From Cyanobacteria bacterium P01_H01_bin.15 (lineage in GTDB: Bacteria > Cyanobacteriota > Cyanobacteriia > Cyanobacteriales > JAAUTE01), in NCBI GenBank assembly GCA_038750375.1, contig JBCDHF010000002.1, forward strand, positions 1 to 35,923: a DNA stretch of 35,923 nt, in the 5' to 3' direction. Shown one piece after another: positions 28,258-35,923 of this stretch (position 1 is its first letter; each line of letters opens with the position of its first letter). The notes under the pieces were generated by a model that saw nothing but the letters and a program-made list of their open reading frames with translations, searched no databases and was not told the DNA's origin. Both the position numbers and the translations under genes were made by a program.

Positions 28258-28668
28258 ATGCTAGAAACCAAAACAGCGCCCGAACTCTCAGCTGAGCTAG
28301 CGAACTTGTCCCCCAACCCTCAGGCTGCTCCTACTGAAATGCGTCCTTGGGGGACCTTTACAACGTTAGAAGAAGGACCTGGCTACAAAATCAAAAGAAT
28401 TGAAGTTAATCCCGGTCATCGCCTAAGTCTACAGATGCATCATCACCGCAGTGAGCATTGGATTGTGGTTTCGGGCACAGCTAAAGTCACCTGCGGCGAG
28501 AAAGAACAAATTCTCTGTAGCAATCAGTCCACGTATGTACCCCAAGGATATGCGCATCGACTTGAGAACCCAGGCGTGATAAAACTCGTTCTGATTGAAG
28601 TTCAAAATGGAGAATACCTTGGCGAAGACGATATTGTCCGTTTTCAAGACGATTACGCTAGAAGCTAA
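28258..28668 (+). CDS. Small cupin, mannose-6-phosphate isomerase type II C-terminal-domain-like
   Basis: 136 aa. The sequence RPWGTFTTLEEGPGYKIKRIEVNPGHRLSLQMHHHRSEHWIVVSGTA matches the ManC/PMI cupin signature. Confidence 0.8.
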   Translation: MLETKTAPELSAELANLSPNPQAAPTEMRPWGTFTTLEEGPGYKIKRIEVNPGHRLSLQMHHHRSEHWIVVSGTAKVTCGEKEQILCSNQSTYVPQGYAHRLENPGVIKLVLIEVQNGEYLGEDDIVRFQDDYARS

Positions 28669-28746
28669 GCGGAGAGGCGCTGACCTTCTCGAAAAAAGGG
28701 TAAATCTCCCATAAAATTGGGTCTTGGGAATTTACCAGCAAGGACA

Positions 28747-29073
28747 ATGATTACTTTCACTCCCGACGCCCAAATAGAAATCAGCCGTTTGTGTCGTTGT
28801 CGGGGCCTACAGAAGCCACTTAGACTCGAAGTGGTCGCCGGGGGCTGCTTTAACTACTACTATCGTTTCAGCTTTGATCAGCAGCGTCCTAAGGATGTGA
28901 AATTTGAGATTGACAGCGAAGTTTTAATTATTTCGCCCGAGACCGCCGAAAAGATTAGAGATTTACAGATTGATTATGCGAGCGACCTCATGGGTGGTGG
29001 CTTTCGATTTACAAACGCGTTAGCTGCCAATATTTGTAGTTGTGGGCTTTCTTTCGAGTTATTAGATTTATAG
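28747..29073 (+). CDS. A-type iron-sulfur cluster carrier (IscA/HesB/ErpA-like)
   Basis: The start is set at ATG 28747 (MITFTPDAQ...) with AGGA upstream. The three conserved Cys lie in GGCFNYYY and CSCGLSF. The 10 extra codons from the ORF-track start fall inside a hairpin. Confidence 0.85.
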   Translation: MITFTPDAQIEISRLCRCRGLQKPLRLEVVAGGCFNYYYRFSFDQQRPKDVKFEIDSEVLIISPETAEKIRDLQIDYASDLMGGGFRFTNALAANICSCGLSFELLDL

Positions 29074-29107
29074 AAAGGCTCGGCGAGATAGTTTTTTCCG
29101 CTAACTT

Positions 29108-29137
29108 TTGACCAGAATCAGCAAAGTTCGATACAAT
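29108..29137 (+). promoter_or_regulatory. Candidate sigma70-type promoter of the str cluster
   Basis: TTGACC (29108-29113), an 18-nt spacer, then TACAAT (29132-29137), about 100 nt upstream of rpsL. This is a sequence match only. Confidence 0.3.
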
Positions 29138-29235
29138 AAGCGATTGTCACTGTAACCAGCTAAAGCATGGTCAATTTAACTGTGACGGTACTCAATATCT
29201 AATGTCAAAAGAAGTTATTCGCGACCTCAAACCCT

Positions 29236-29610
29236 ATGCCCACGATCCAGCAGTTAATTCGTAACGAGCGTTTCAAAGCGAAATCCAAGACCAAGTCCCC
29301 CGCTTTAAAAGAATGCCCTCAACGCCGAGGCGTTTGCACTCGCGTTTATACGACAACACCTAAGAAGCCGAACTCAGCTCTCCGGAAAGTTGCTCGTGTA
29401 CGCTTAACGTCTGGATTTGAGGTGACTGCTTACATTCCAGGGATTGGTCATAATTTGCAGGAGCATTCCGTTGTGCTTATTCGGGGTGGACGGGTCAAAG
29501 ACTTACCGGGCGTTCGCTATCACATTATCCGCGGAACTTTAGACGCAACAGGCGTTAAAGAGCGGAATCAAGGGCGCTCAAAATACGGCGCCAAGAAGCC
29601 GAAAGGCTAA
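29236..29610 (+). CDS. rpsL: 30S ribosomal protein S12
   Basis: 124 aa. [12 protein letters not shown]...[16 protein letters not shown] is unmistakable. Confidence 0.98.
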   Translation: MPTIQQLIRNERFKAKSKTKSPALKECPQRRGVCTRVYTTTPKKPNSALRKVARVRLTSGFEVTAYIPGIGHNLQEHSVVLIRGGRVKDLPGVRYHIIRGTLDATGVKERNQGRSKYGAKKPKG

Positions 29611-29684
29611 CCATTTAGCGCTTTTTGATTTCTCTCCATTTTTTCGCCTTCAACGCATATTTTTCTGTATTCAACCCATTAATC

Positions 29685-30155
29685 ATGTCTCGTCGTTCAA
29701 CCCGCAAAGCTCGTCCGATTCCACCGGACTCCCTGTATCAGAGTCGCCTCATTAGCATGACCATTCGTCGGATCATGACCCGCGGTAAAAAGTCTTTAGC
29801 CCAGGGAATTGTTTATGGTGCTCTGGACCTTGTTAAAGAACGTACTGGCAATGATCCAGTTGAAACGTTTGAAACCGCTGTTCGTAACATCACGCCGTTG
29901 GTGGAAGTGAAAGCTCGCCGGGTTGGTGGCGCAACCTATCAGGTTCCGATGGAGGTTCGGCAAGGCCGTGGGACCACGCTGGCTCTGCGCTGGCTAGTTG
30001 GGTTTGCACGTAATCGGGGCGGTCGTTCAATGCAGCAAAAGCTTGCCAACGAAATTATGGATGCAGCCAATGAAACAGGAGGGGCAATCCGTAAGCGTGA
30101 AGAGACCCATCGTATGGCAGAAGCAAACAAAGCATTTGCCCATTATCGCTACTAA
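29685..30155 (+). CDS. rpsG: 30S ribosomal protein S7
   Basis: 156 aa from ATG 29685 ([15 protein letters not shown]...). The 20-codon extension from the ORF-track start at 29625 is hydrophobic junk. Confidence 0.97.
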   Translation: MSRRSTRKARPIPPDSLYQSRLISMTIRRIMTRGKKSLAQGIVYGALDLVKERTGNDPVETFETAVRNITPLVEVKARRVGGATYQVPMEVRQGRGTTLALRWLVGFARNRGGRSMQQKLANEIMDAANETGGAIRKREETHRMAEANKAFAHYRY

Positions 30156-30266
30156 AGATTTTCAGTTTTAAAGTCAGTAGGGACTCGAAGATAGTCAGTC
30201 ATCTTCTAAGTTCTGCTGGCTTTTATGCTATTTGTCGAATTCATACCAGCAGGCAAGGAGGCTCCC

Positions 30267-32351
30267 GTGGCGCGCACTGTTCCCTTAGCAAGCGTTCGTA
30301 ACATTGGTATCGCGGCCCACATTGATGCGGGTAAAACGACTACCACTGAACGTATTTTGTTCTATACCGGCGTTGCCCATAAGTTAGGCGAGGTCCATGA
30401 AGGGACTGCCGTAATGGATTGGATGCAACAGGAGCAAGAACGGGGCATCACCATTACCGCCGCCGCTATTACTACTAGCTGGAAAGATCACAAAATCAAC
30501 ATTATCGATACCCCCGGTCACGTCGACTTCACGATTGAAGTAGAGCGTTCAATGCGCGTTCTTGATGGTGTAGTTGTGGTCTTTTGCTCTGTTGGTGGGG
30601 TCCAGCCTCAATCGGAAACGGTTTGGCGACAGGCGAATCGATACGGGATTCCGCGCATCGTATTCGTCAATAAGATGGATCGTACTGGTGCTAATTTCTT
30701 CAGGGTGCGCGACCAGATTCGAGAACGACTGCAAGCCAATGCAACTCCCATTCAGCTTCCCATTGGCAGCGAAAGTGATTTTATCGGCATTGTCGATCTG
30801 ATCAAAATGAGGGCTGAAATTTATAAAGACGATATTGGAAAGGAAATTGTCGAAACTGAGATTCCATCGGAACTGCAAGCTCAAGCTGACGAATATCGAA
30901 CAATTTTGCTTGAAGCGATCGCAGAAACCGATGAAGCATTACTCGAAAAATTTCTGACTGAAGAAGAGTTTACGGAATCAGAAATTCGCGCAGCCCTTCG
31001 TAAGAGCACGATTTCAGGTGAAATCATTCCAGTTTTATGTGGCTCAGCTTTTAAAAATAAGGGAGTACAGCTATTGCTCGATGCGGTTGTGGACTATCTC
31101 CCGGCACCGATTGATGTTCCACCCATCACCGGGCATCGTCCGGACGGAACAGAAGATAGTCGGCCTGCCGATGATGACAAGCCTTTTTCAGCACTCGCGT
31201 TCAAAATTGCGGCTGATCCCTTTGGTCGCTTGAGCTTTTTGAGAGTGTATTCTGGCGTTCTGAGCAAGGGAAGCTATGTTTACAACGCGACTAAGGACCG
31301 CAAAGAACGCCTATCTCGCTTAATTGTTCTTAAATCTAACGATCGCATTGAGGTTGAAGAACTGCGAGCGGGAGATCTGGGCGCTGCCGTCGGACTCAAG
31401 TTTGCGACAACGGGCGACACCCTTTGTGATCAATCCGCTCCCATCATTTTGGAATCCCTCTATGTGCCGGAACCCGTGATTTCTGTAGCGGTAGAGCCCA
31501 AAACTAAGCAAGATATGGAGAAGCTAGCTAAAGCGCTGCAATCTTTATCGGATGAGGATCCCACCTTTCGAGTCAATACTGATCCCGAGACGAATCAAAC
31601 CGTCATTGCGGGCATGGGTGAATTGCACCTAGAAATTCTCGTCGATCGCATGTTGCGTGAGTTCAAAGTTGAAGCAAATATTGGTCAACCTCAAGTGGCT
31701 TACCGGGAAACCGTTCGCCAACCGGCAGAAGCAGAAGGTAAGTTTATTCGGCAAAGTGGCGGCAAAGGCCAGTATGGTCATGCCGTAATTTCCCTGGAAC
31801 CCGCAGAAGCCGCTAGTGGATTTGCCTTTGAATCAAAAATTGTCGGTGGCACAATCCCGAAAGAATATATTCCCTCCATTGAACAAGGGATTAAAGAATC
31901 CTGTGAATCGGGTATCTTAGCGGGCTATCCTCTGATCGATGTGAAAGCCACCTTACTCGATGGGTCGTACCATGATGTGGACTCTTCAGAAATGGCGTTT
32001 AAGATTGCTGGTTCTATGGCGTTAAGAGAAGCCGTCCAAAAAGCAAAGCCCACTCTCCTGGAGCCGCTCATGAAAGTAGAAGTCGAAGTGCCCGAAGATT
32101 TTCTCGGGGAGGTCATTGGCGACCTCAACTCACGTCGCGGCAATATTGACGCCATGAATACAGAAAGTGGTCAAGCCTTGATTTCAGCCAAGGTCCCTTT
32201 AGCCGAGATGTTCGGCTATGCCACCGATATCCGCTCAAAAACTCAAGGGCGCGGCATTTTTTCTATGGAATTTAGTGAATATGCCGGCGTTCCACGCAAT
32301 GTTGCTGAGGCGATTGTCGCGAAGAAAGGCGGGGAACTGCCCCCGGAGTGA
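30267..32351 (+). CDS. fusA: Elongation factor G
   Basis: A GTG start at 30267 lies 6 nt after AAGGAG (30255-30260) and gives (M)[24 protein letters not shown], 694 aa. The ATG at 30225 lacks an RBS. Confidence 0.97.
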   Translation: MARTVPLASVRNIGIAAHIDAGKTTTTERILFYTGVAHKLGEVHEGTAVMDWMQQEQERGITITAAAITTSWKDHKINIIDTPGHVDFTIEVERSMRVLDGVVVVFCSVGGVQPQSETVWRQANRYGIPRIVFVNKMDRTGANFFRVRDQIRERLQANATPIQLPIGSESDFIGIVDLIKMRAEIYKDDIGKEIVETEIPSELQAQADEYRTILLEAIAETDEALLEKFLTEEEFTESEIRAALRKSTISGEIIPVLCGSAFKNKGVQLLLDAVVDYLPAPIDVPPITGHRPDGTEDSRPADDDKPFSALAFKIAADPFGRLSFLRVYSGVLSKGSYVYNATKDRKERLSRLIVLKSNDRIEVEELRAGDLGAAVGLKFATTGDTLCDQSAPIILESLYVPEPVISVAVEPKTKQDMEKLAKALQSLSDEDPTFRVNTDPETNQTVIAGMGELHLEILVDRMLREFKVEANIGQPQVAYRETVRQPAEAEGKFIRQSGGKGQYGHAVISLEPAEAASGFAFESKIVGGTIPKEYIPSIEQGIKESCESGILAGYPLIDVKATLLDGSYHDVDSSEMAFKIAGSMALREAVQKAKPTLLEPLMKVEVEVPEDFLGEVIGDLNSRRGNIDAMNTESGQALISAKVPLAEMFGYATDIRSKTQGRGIFSMEFSEYAGVPRNVAEAIVAKKGGELPPE

Positions 32352-32524
32352 GGCAAGTTATACGCACTGCGTTAAATCTCTGGCTATGTTCAAGACAATT
32401 TTTTTCAGAGGCAGGGTAGCTAGGAAACTCGCGAAACGCCATAATAGAAAACCGAATGTCCAAAACTCCAGCAATGCATTACAATCGCTAAGCGGATTAA
32501 GAAAAAAGGAACAGAACATCTACC

Positions 32525-33754
32525 ATGGCACGCGCAAAGTTTGAACGCTCAAAACCTCACGTAAATATTGGCACCATCGGTCACGTCGATCACGGCAAAA
32601 CAACCCTGACGGCAGCTATTACGATGACATTGGCGGCGGCAGGCAGTGCTAAAGCCAGAAGCTACGAAGATATCGATGCGGCTCCAGAGGAAAAGGCTCG
32701 GGGTATCACTATTAACACTGCTCACGTAGAATACGAGACCGAGCAGCGCCACTACGCCCACGTTGACTGCCCTGGTCACGCGGACTACGTAAAAAACATG
32801 ATTACCGGCGCAGCGCAGATGGACGGCGGAATTCTTGTCGTTTCTGCGGCAGATGGTCCAATGCCTCAGACTCGCGAGCACATTTTGTTAGCGAAGCAGG
32901 TGGGTGTTCCGAATCTTGTTGTGTTTTTAAACAAGCAAGACCAAGTAGACGATGAAGAATTGTTGGAACTGGTCGAGCTGGAAGTTCGTGAGCTGCTCTC
33001 CGAGTATGATTTTCCTGGAGATGATATCCCTATCGTCGCGGGTTCTGCTTTGATGGCGGTTGAAGCGCTTCAAGGCAATCCAAGTATTGCGGCTGGGGAA
33101 AACGAGTGGACTGACAAAATTCTTGAGTTGATGTCTCAGGTTGATGAATATGTCCCCACGCCAGAGCGTGACGTTGATAAGCCGTTCCTGATGGCGATAG
33201 AAGACGTTTTCTCAATTACTGGTCGGGGAACTGTTGCAACCGGTCGTATTGAGCGGGGTAAGGTGACGGTTGGTGAAACCATCGAAATCGTTGGTATCCG
33301 TGAAACTCGCAGTACAACCGTTACTGGAGTGGAGATGTTCCAAAAGACCCTCGATGAAGGTCTTGCAGGTGATAACGTCGGTGTGTTACTTCGCGGTGTT
33401 CAGAAAGAGGACATTACACGCGGCATGGTTTTGGCTAAGCCCGGTTCAATCACGCCTCACACTAAGTTTGAGGGTGAAGTTTATGTTCTGACGAAGGAAG
33501 AGGGGGGGCGTCACACTCCTTTCTTTAAGAATTACCGCCCACAATTCTATGTTCGGACTACTGACGTAACTGGCACCATTGCTGACTACACGTCTGATGA
33601 CGGCGGCAGTGTAGAGATGGTTATGCCCGGAGACCGGATCAAAATGACGGTTGAATTGATTAATCCCATTGCCATTGAAGACGGTATGCGTTTCGCAATT
33701 CGCGAAGGTGGCCGCACAATTGGTGCTGGCGTTGTTTCTAAAATCATTGAATAA
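32525..33754 (+). CDS. tuf: Elongation factor Tu
   Basis: 409 aa. It begins [28 protein letters not shown]. Confidence 0.98.
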   Translation: MARAKFERSKPHVNIGTIGHVDHGKTTLTAAITMTLAAAGSAKARSYEDIDAAPEEKARGITINTAHVEYETEQRHYAHVDCPGHADYVKNMITGAAQMDGGILVVSAADGPMPQTREHILLAKQVGVPNLVVFLNKQDQVDDEELLELVELEVRELLSEYDFPGDDIPIVAGSALMAVEALQGNPSIAAGENEWTDKILELMSQVDEYVPTPERDVDKPFLMAIEDVFSITGRGTVATGRIERGKVTVGETIEIVGIRETRSTTVTGVEMFQKTLDEGLAGDNVGVLLRGVQKEDITRGMVLAKPGSITPHTKFEGEVYVLTKEEGGRHTPFFKNYRPQFYVRTTDVTGTIADYTSDDGGSVEMVMPGDRIKMTVELINPIAIEDGMRFAIREGGRTIGAGVVSKIIE

Positions 33755-33826
33755 TACTGTTTGTTCAACGAACATAACAGCTAAATAATTGTGCGCAAAA
33801 CCTGTAGGTCTTGCGTTCATCTACCG

Positions 33827-33858
33827 CAAGGGGAGCTAGTGGCTTCCCTTGTTTAATC
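33827..33858 (+). terminator. Hairpin plus T-rich tail between tuf and rpsJ (terminator or attenuator)
   Basis: A 10-bp stem, including one G:U pair, forms between caaggggagc (33827-33836) and gcttcccttg (33842-33851) with loop tagtg. The tail tttaatc follows. Confidence 0.45.
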
Positions 33859-33886
33859 TTGACTCTCAGAACCTGGAAAATTAAAG

Positions 33887-34204
33887 ATGGCCACGATTCA
33901 AAAGCAAAAAATTCGCATTCAGCTCAAGGCATTTGATCGCCGTTTACTCGATACTTCTTGTGACAAGATTGTGGATACGGCTAATCGAACTAATGCCGCT
34001 GCCATTGGACCAATTCCACTGCCAACGAAAAAGAAGATCTACTGTGTCCTACGTTCACCGCACGTCGATAAAGATTCTCGTGAGCATTTTGAGACGCGCA
34101 CCCATCGTCGAATTATCGATATTTATCAACCGTCATCTAAGACGATTGATGCGCTCATGAAACTGGATTTACCAGCCGGTGTTGACATTGAAGTTAAGCT
34201 TTAA
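33887..34204 (+). CDS. rpsJ: 30S ribosomal protein S10
   Basis: 105 aa. The sequence [14 protein letters not shown]...[15 protein letters not shown] is diagnostic. Confidence 0.98.
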   Translation: MATIQKQKIRIQLKAFDRRLLDTSCDKIVDTANRTNAAAIGPIPLPTKKKIYCVLRSPHVDKDSREHFETRTHRRIIDIYQPSSKTIDALMKLDLPAGVDIEVKL

Positions 34205-34284
34205 AGCCGCAATTATTGAGCTGCCGTCGGTGTCAGGAAATTCGTTACAGTAAAGCAAGTTCAAGCTTCTTTGACACCAACAAT

Positions 34285-34923
34285 ATGGTTTCGTCCTCCG
34301 CCGCAGTTCGTGAATTACCCCTCTTTCCGCTTCCTGAAGTTGTGCTCTTTCCAGGAAGACCTTTACCACTACATATTTTTGAGTTTCGCTATCGAATCAT
34401 GATCAACACGATTCTGGAAGCGGATAGTCAGTTCGGGGTATTGATGATTGATCCACTGGATGGTGAGATTGCCAAGGTGGGGTGTTGTGCAGAGGTCATT
34501 AGCCATCAACGCTTACCCGACGATCGACTTAAGCTTTTGTCTTTGGGTAAGCGGCGATTTCGCTTGTTAGATTATGTGCGAGAAAAGCCGTATCGAGTAG
34601 GGCTGGTGGAATGGTTATATGATCGGGTCTCACCCGTACAGTTAGAACCCCAAGGAGACAAAGTAGCCCAGCTTTTAAAAGATGTCGTACATCTCTCGGC
34701 AAAGCTGACTGATCAGAAAATTGAGCTACCTGAAGATTTGCCGGAGTCCCCGATTGATTTATCTTACTGGATCGCCAGTAACTTATATGGTGTGGCGAGT
34801 GAGCAGCAGCAGTTGCTAGAGATGCAGGATACGGCTGAGCGGCTGGAGCGAGAAATTGAGATTTTGGGCGCAACTCGCAATCAGTTGGCGGCAAGGACTG
34901 CATTAAAGGACGCCCTCAATTAA
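34285..34923 (+). CDS. LON N-terminal (substrate-binding) domain protein
   Basis: 212 aa from ATG 34285. ELPLFPLPEVVLFPGRPLPLHIFEFRYR is the classic Lon N-domain opening. There is no AAA or protease domain. Confidence 0.8.
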   Translation: MVSSSAAVRELPLFPLPEVVLFPGRPLPLHIFEFRYRIMINTILEADSQFGVLMIDPLDGEIAKVGCCAEVISHQRLPDDRLKLLSLGKRRFRLLDYVREKPYRVGLVEWLYDRVSPVQLEPQGDKVAQLLKDVVHLSAKLTDQKIELPEDLPESPIDLSYWIASNLYGVASEQQQLLEMQDTAERLEREIEILGATRNQLAARTALKDALN

Positions 34924-34994
34924 TAATCTACGTACCCTTTTTTCCCAATAATGTTACTGACTTTGTGGACACTCTAAACGGACAGATGCCAGGC

Positions 34995-35846
34995 TTATGA
35001 AGTCGTTGAGCCAATAGGTAGAAGGTGATAGTGTCCCAACACGAGCAGCTTTTGAGTCGATTCTGCCAGCTCTGCGATCGCAGACTGAAATTTTTCGTCA
35101 GTGGCGTCCCCTTCCAATTCGATAAAGAATAGATATTCGCCAAGAGAGCGCTTTGTAGGTCGGGATTCGATGCGGGTCAAGTTAATTTCCCGGCTGGCAA
35201 ATGTCTGCAAAGGTTTGACGAGACTACCAGGCAAATTGGCGGGCAATAAAAATGCAATCGCAGTCGCATTCCCCGCAGGCGAGGGTTCGCGGCTGACTAT
35301 CCAAAAACGGGTGCAATTGTCTGGGTAATCGTTGATAGGAGTATGAAGAACGGGGACGTTGTAAAGTTGAGCGGCCCGAGGAGAGCTGATGGCTGCACGG
35401 GTTGGTTCATCCAAGTACTGAAGTGCTTCAGCCGTAGAGTTCGTGGCAATGGGGGTGGCATTGGGTAAATTCGTTTCTAACCAAACTTGACACTGACCTA
35501 ATGCCTGAGGATGGGAATAAACCGACTGGATATCTTCGTTTTTTTTGGCTTGAGTTAGCAGCGCATGAATGACCGGCAACCGTAATTCAGCTTGTATTTT
35601 GAGAGTTCCCAACTCCCACAGGCCATCGAGGGTCGTCGCCACGCTGCCCTGAATCGAATTTTCGACGGGCACGATGGCGATGTCAGCTTCTTCCTCGGCG
35701 ACGGAACGCAGGACTCGGCTAATGCTGGGATACGGGCAAAGTTGACCCTGTTGCTGCTCGCGACTGGTGAGCCAACCCAGATACATCAGCGCGGCGGTTT
35801 CGCTGAACGTGCCAGTGGGTCCTAAATACGCGATCGCAGTAGTCAT
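34995..35846 (-). CDS. pheA: Prephenate dehydratase
   Basis: 283 aa. It begins IAYLGPTGTFSE, carries the NCTRFWIV motif, and has a C-terminal ACT domain with INLTRIESRP. Confidence 0.9.
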   Translation of the reverse strand: MTTAIAYLGPTGTFSETAALMYLGWLTSREQQQGQLCPYPSISRVLRSVAEEEADIAIVPVENSIQGSVATTLDGLWELGTLKIQAELRLPVIHALLTQAKKNEDIQSVYSHPQALGQCQVWLETNLPNATPIATNSTAEALQYLDEPTRAAISSPRAAQLYNVPVLHTPINDYPDNCTRFWIVSREPSPAGNATAIAFLLPANLPGSLVKPLQTFASREINLTRIESRPTKRSLGEYLFFIELEGDATDEKFQSAIAELAESTQKLLVLGHYHLLPIGSTTS

Positions 35847-35923
35847 TCTTAATTATTATTGGTTTGCTGAATCCACTGTATTGTCTCTGATTGGAGAATC
35901 CAGTCCGAATTATTAACTTTTAT

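Noticed and set aside
29625-29684. N-terminal extensions proposed by the ORF track for rpsG (29625), fusA (30225), the IscA-like gene (28717), the Lon-N gene (34216), the FAD oxidoreductase (14589) and gltS (25559).
   Set aside because: Internal starts give the canonical conserved N-termini and have better RBS contexts. The extensions are unconserved-looking, or they overlap upstream genes or hairpins.
1-35923. CRISPR arrays, transposases or integrases, prophage genes, toxin-antitoxin pairs and restriction-modification genes.
   Set aside because: No direct-repeat/spacer arrays are visible. No ORF translation resembles DDE or tyrosine/serine recombinases or the other classes. The window is dominated by core metabolism and translation genes.

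Overview
This window reads as a cyanobacterial chromosomal segment. I counted 29 exact copies of the HIP1 octamer GCGATCGC by eye, and spot counts give about 50-55% GC. Most of the window is conserved housekeeping sequence.

Recognisable genes, in order:
- glmS, ferredoxin-type glutamate synthase, and a CbiG/CobJ cobalamin fusion.
- The cyanobacterial-style str cluster rpsL-rpsG-fusA-tuf-rpsJ, followed by pheA.
- A DASH-type cryptochrome, a Tat-signal PhoX-like phosphatase, an S9 peptidase, a PHP phosphoesterase and an RRM RNA-binding protein.
- An A-type Fe-S carrier, a small cupin, and a DUF2233-type phosphodiester glycosidase.

I found no transposase, integrase, CRISPR array, tRNA or rRNA.

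The less ordinary parts are:
1. The left edge holds the AT-richer 3' part of a STAND/TPR gene. Its last 56 codons sit in a different frame, so it looks frameshifted.
2. A co-directional pair of unknown function: a DUF4126-like membrane protein and an acidic lipoprotein.
3. A tightly spaced SIMPL / FAD-oxidoreductase / MFS trio.
4. A 60-codon hydrophobic ORF bracketed by two copies of a 19-nt palindromic motif.
5. Two long HIP1-free intergenic gaps, 5182-5747 and 25545-26231.
6. Homopolymer tracts inside coding sequence: G9 in the MFS gene and A9 in phoX.

I do not see a convincing complete novel multi-gene system inside the window. The STAND gene is the best lead, but most of it and its neighbours lie off-window. 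All family assignments come from reading the translations and from motif memory. No database search was run.
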